Shown here: piece by piece, positions 63,687 to 64,000 of the stretch | Layout of the letters: every line of letters begins with the position of its first letter | How positions within the stretch are numbered: position 1 is the stretch's first letter | Assembly: GCA_004022145.1 (NCBI GenBank) | Contig: RCNU01000009.1 | Length of the DNA stretch: 64,000 nt | Reading direction: 5' to 3' (one strand) | From: Paecilomyces variotii | Lineage: Eukaryota | Translations under genes and position numbers: made by a program | Notes under the pieces: model-generated | Seen by the model: only the letters and a program-made list of their open reading frames with translations | What the model was told of the DNA's origin: nothing | Databases searched by the model: none

Positions 63687-64000
63687 AATAAGAACTAATG
63701 ACAACCCCGCAGAAAGAATAATACCCTAAGCCCTAACCTGGCAGCGGCAAACCAACCGAAGGAATTATTCGCTTAGCACCGATTCCACCTTACTCCTTTG
63801 GCTTCCAGCTCCTCTGGCGGCCACAACCACAGAAGGTCTAACCTATCCAGCCCGCATCTCACCTTCACCAACCCCCCTTCCTACCACCTCCCATCCAACC
63901 ACTCCCCACGAGGCTGAATTCCTATCTCTCCAGGGTTCTGCCTTGCTGACCTCCCCCGTTCAGCTCTTTCTCGAATTGTTGCGATAACAGACAGCCTTCC

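Noticed and set aside
63724-63738. CCCTAA-G-CCCTAA telomere-like hexamers
   Set aside because: Only two imperfectly spaced units, compatible with chance.

Overview
Gene-dense, intron-containing fungal chromosomal DNA. Short GT-AG introns with CTRAC branch sites and the gene content point to Eurotiales (Aspergillus-like). Gene order: NOP9, FMP25, COG3, BCK1 MAPKKK, pyruvate decarboxylase, THUMP protein, APH-like kinase-fold protein, SRO7, ASF1, RNA14, an Argonaute, SPT7, VanZ-like protein, tyrosine phosphatase, Mid2-like sensor, a hypothetical protein, PEX19 and a MeaB-like bZIP factor. Reading splice signals by hand gave two genes the ORF track does not resolve: a 4-exon 82-aa MRX7-like gene (47462-47967) and a 7-exon 178-aa secreted Cys-containing protein (52989-54092). 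The most interesting signals are (i) an Argonaute that appears to have two alternative first coding exons and promoters, (ii) a probable CUG-initiated 96-aa N-terminal extension of the tyrosine phosphatase, (iii) an intronless CxxC-x-CxxC micro-protein in an AT-rich stretch between PEX19 and meaB, and (iv) GC-AG introns in meaB and the THUMP gene. I could not support any tRNA, rRNA, CRISPR array or intact transposon. Gene names come from recognising motifs from memory, not from database searches, and exon boundaries are predictions.
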